A stretch of DNA of 25,491 bases from Planctomycetota bacterium. Its GTDB lineage: Bacteria; Planctomycetota; UBA1135; UBA2386. The notes under the pieces were generated by a model, which was not told the origin of the DNA, did not search any database, and saw only the letters and a program-made list of their open reading frames with translations. Of this stretch, positions 25,325-25,491 are shown in pieces. The stretch is taken from NCBI GenBank assembly GCA_035305285.1, contig DATGPD010000155.1:1-25491 (forward strand). Direction: 5' to 3'. A program made the position numbers and the translations under genes. Each line of letters opens with the position of its first letter. Positions within the stretch are counted from its first letter, which is position 1.

Positions 25325-25491
25325 AGCATCGCCGGGACGCGCGCCGCTGGACCCGAAGGTCCTGGTCTTCGCGAGCTTCCTGCTCGGTCCGCTCGGCGCC
25401 GGCGTCGCGCTCGCCGTGAACGACAACCGGCTCGGCAACAAGGAGCGCGCGCCGTTGACGTTCTACGCGTTCTTCTTCTTCGCCCTGTTCT
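25317..25491 (+). CDS. Hypothetical membrane protein, N-terminus only (runs off the right edge)
   Basis: Not in the ORF track. ATG 25317 overlaps the end of rarA: MAEASPGRAPLDPKVLVFASFLLGPLGAGVALAVNDNRLGNKERAPLTFYAFFFFALF. Confidence 0.7.
   Translation, partial: MAEASPGRAPLDPKVLVFASFLLGPLGAGVALAVNDNRLGNKERAPLTFYAFFFFALF

Overview
Very GC-rich bacterial chromosomal window (mostly housekeeping genes; a Planctomycetota-like origin is my inference, not shown) with about 27 CDS and no tRNA, rRNA, CRISPR array or mobile element that I can support. Left to right: a partial exported protein; a DAACS plus APC amino-acid transporter pair; cbpA-cbpM-like genes; then the standout locus (4447-11652), two paralogous four-gene operons arranged head to head, each encoding PilV/GspI-like, PilW/GspJ-like and extended PilX/GspK-like minor pilins followed by a membrane-anchored HEAT-repeat protein where pilY1 would normally sit. 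After that come aroB coupled to a periplasmic tandem-repeat protein, a DUF2911-like exported protein, a CMD/AhpD protein, a Nudix hydrolase, an exported esterase, folC with two unknowns, rsgA, gluQ (frameshifted), a split membrane protein, a TrmH methylase, rarA and a partial membrane protein. Secondary signals: several genes look leaderless (TAnnnT 6-9 nt before the start codon, no Shine-Dalgarno), two intergenic regions are rich in hairpins, and two -1 frameshifts may be sequencing errors. All family calls come from reading motifs by eye; no database search was run.
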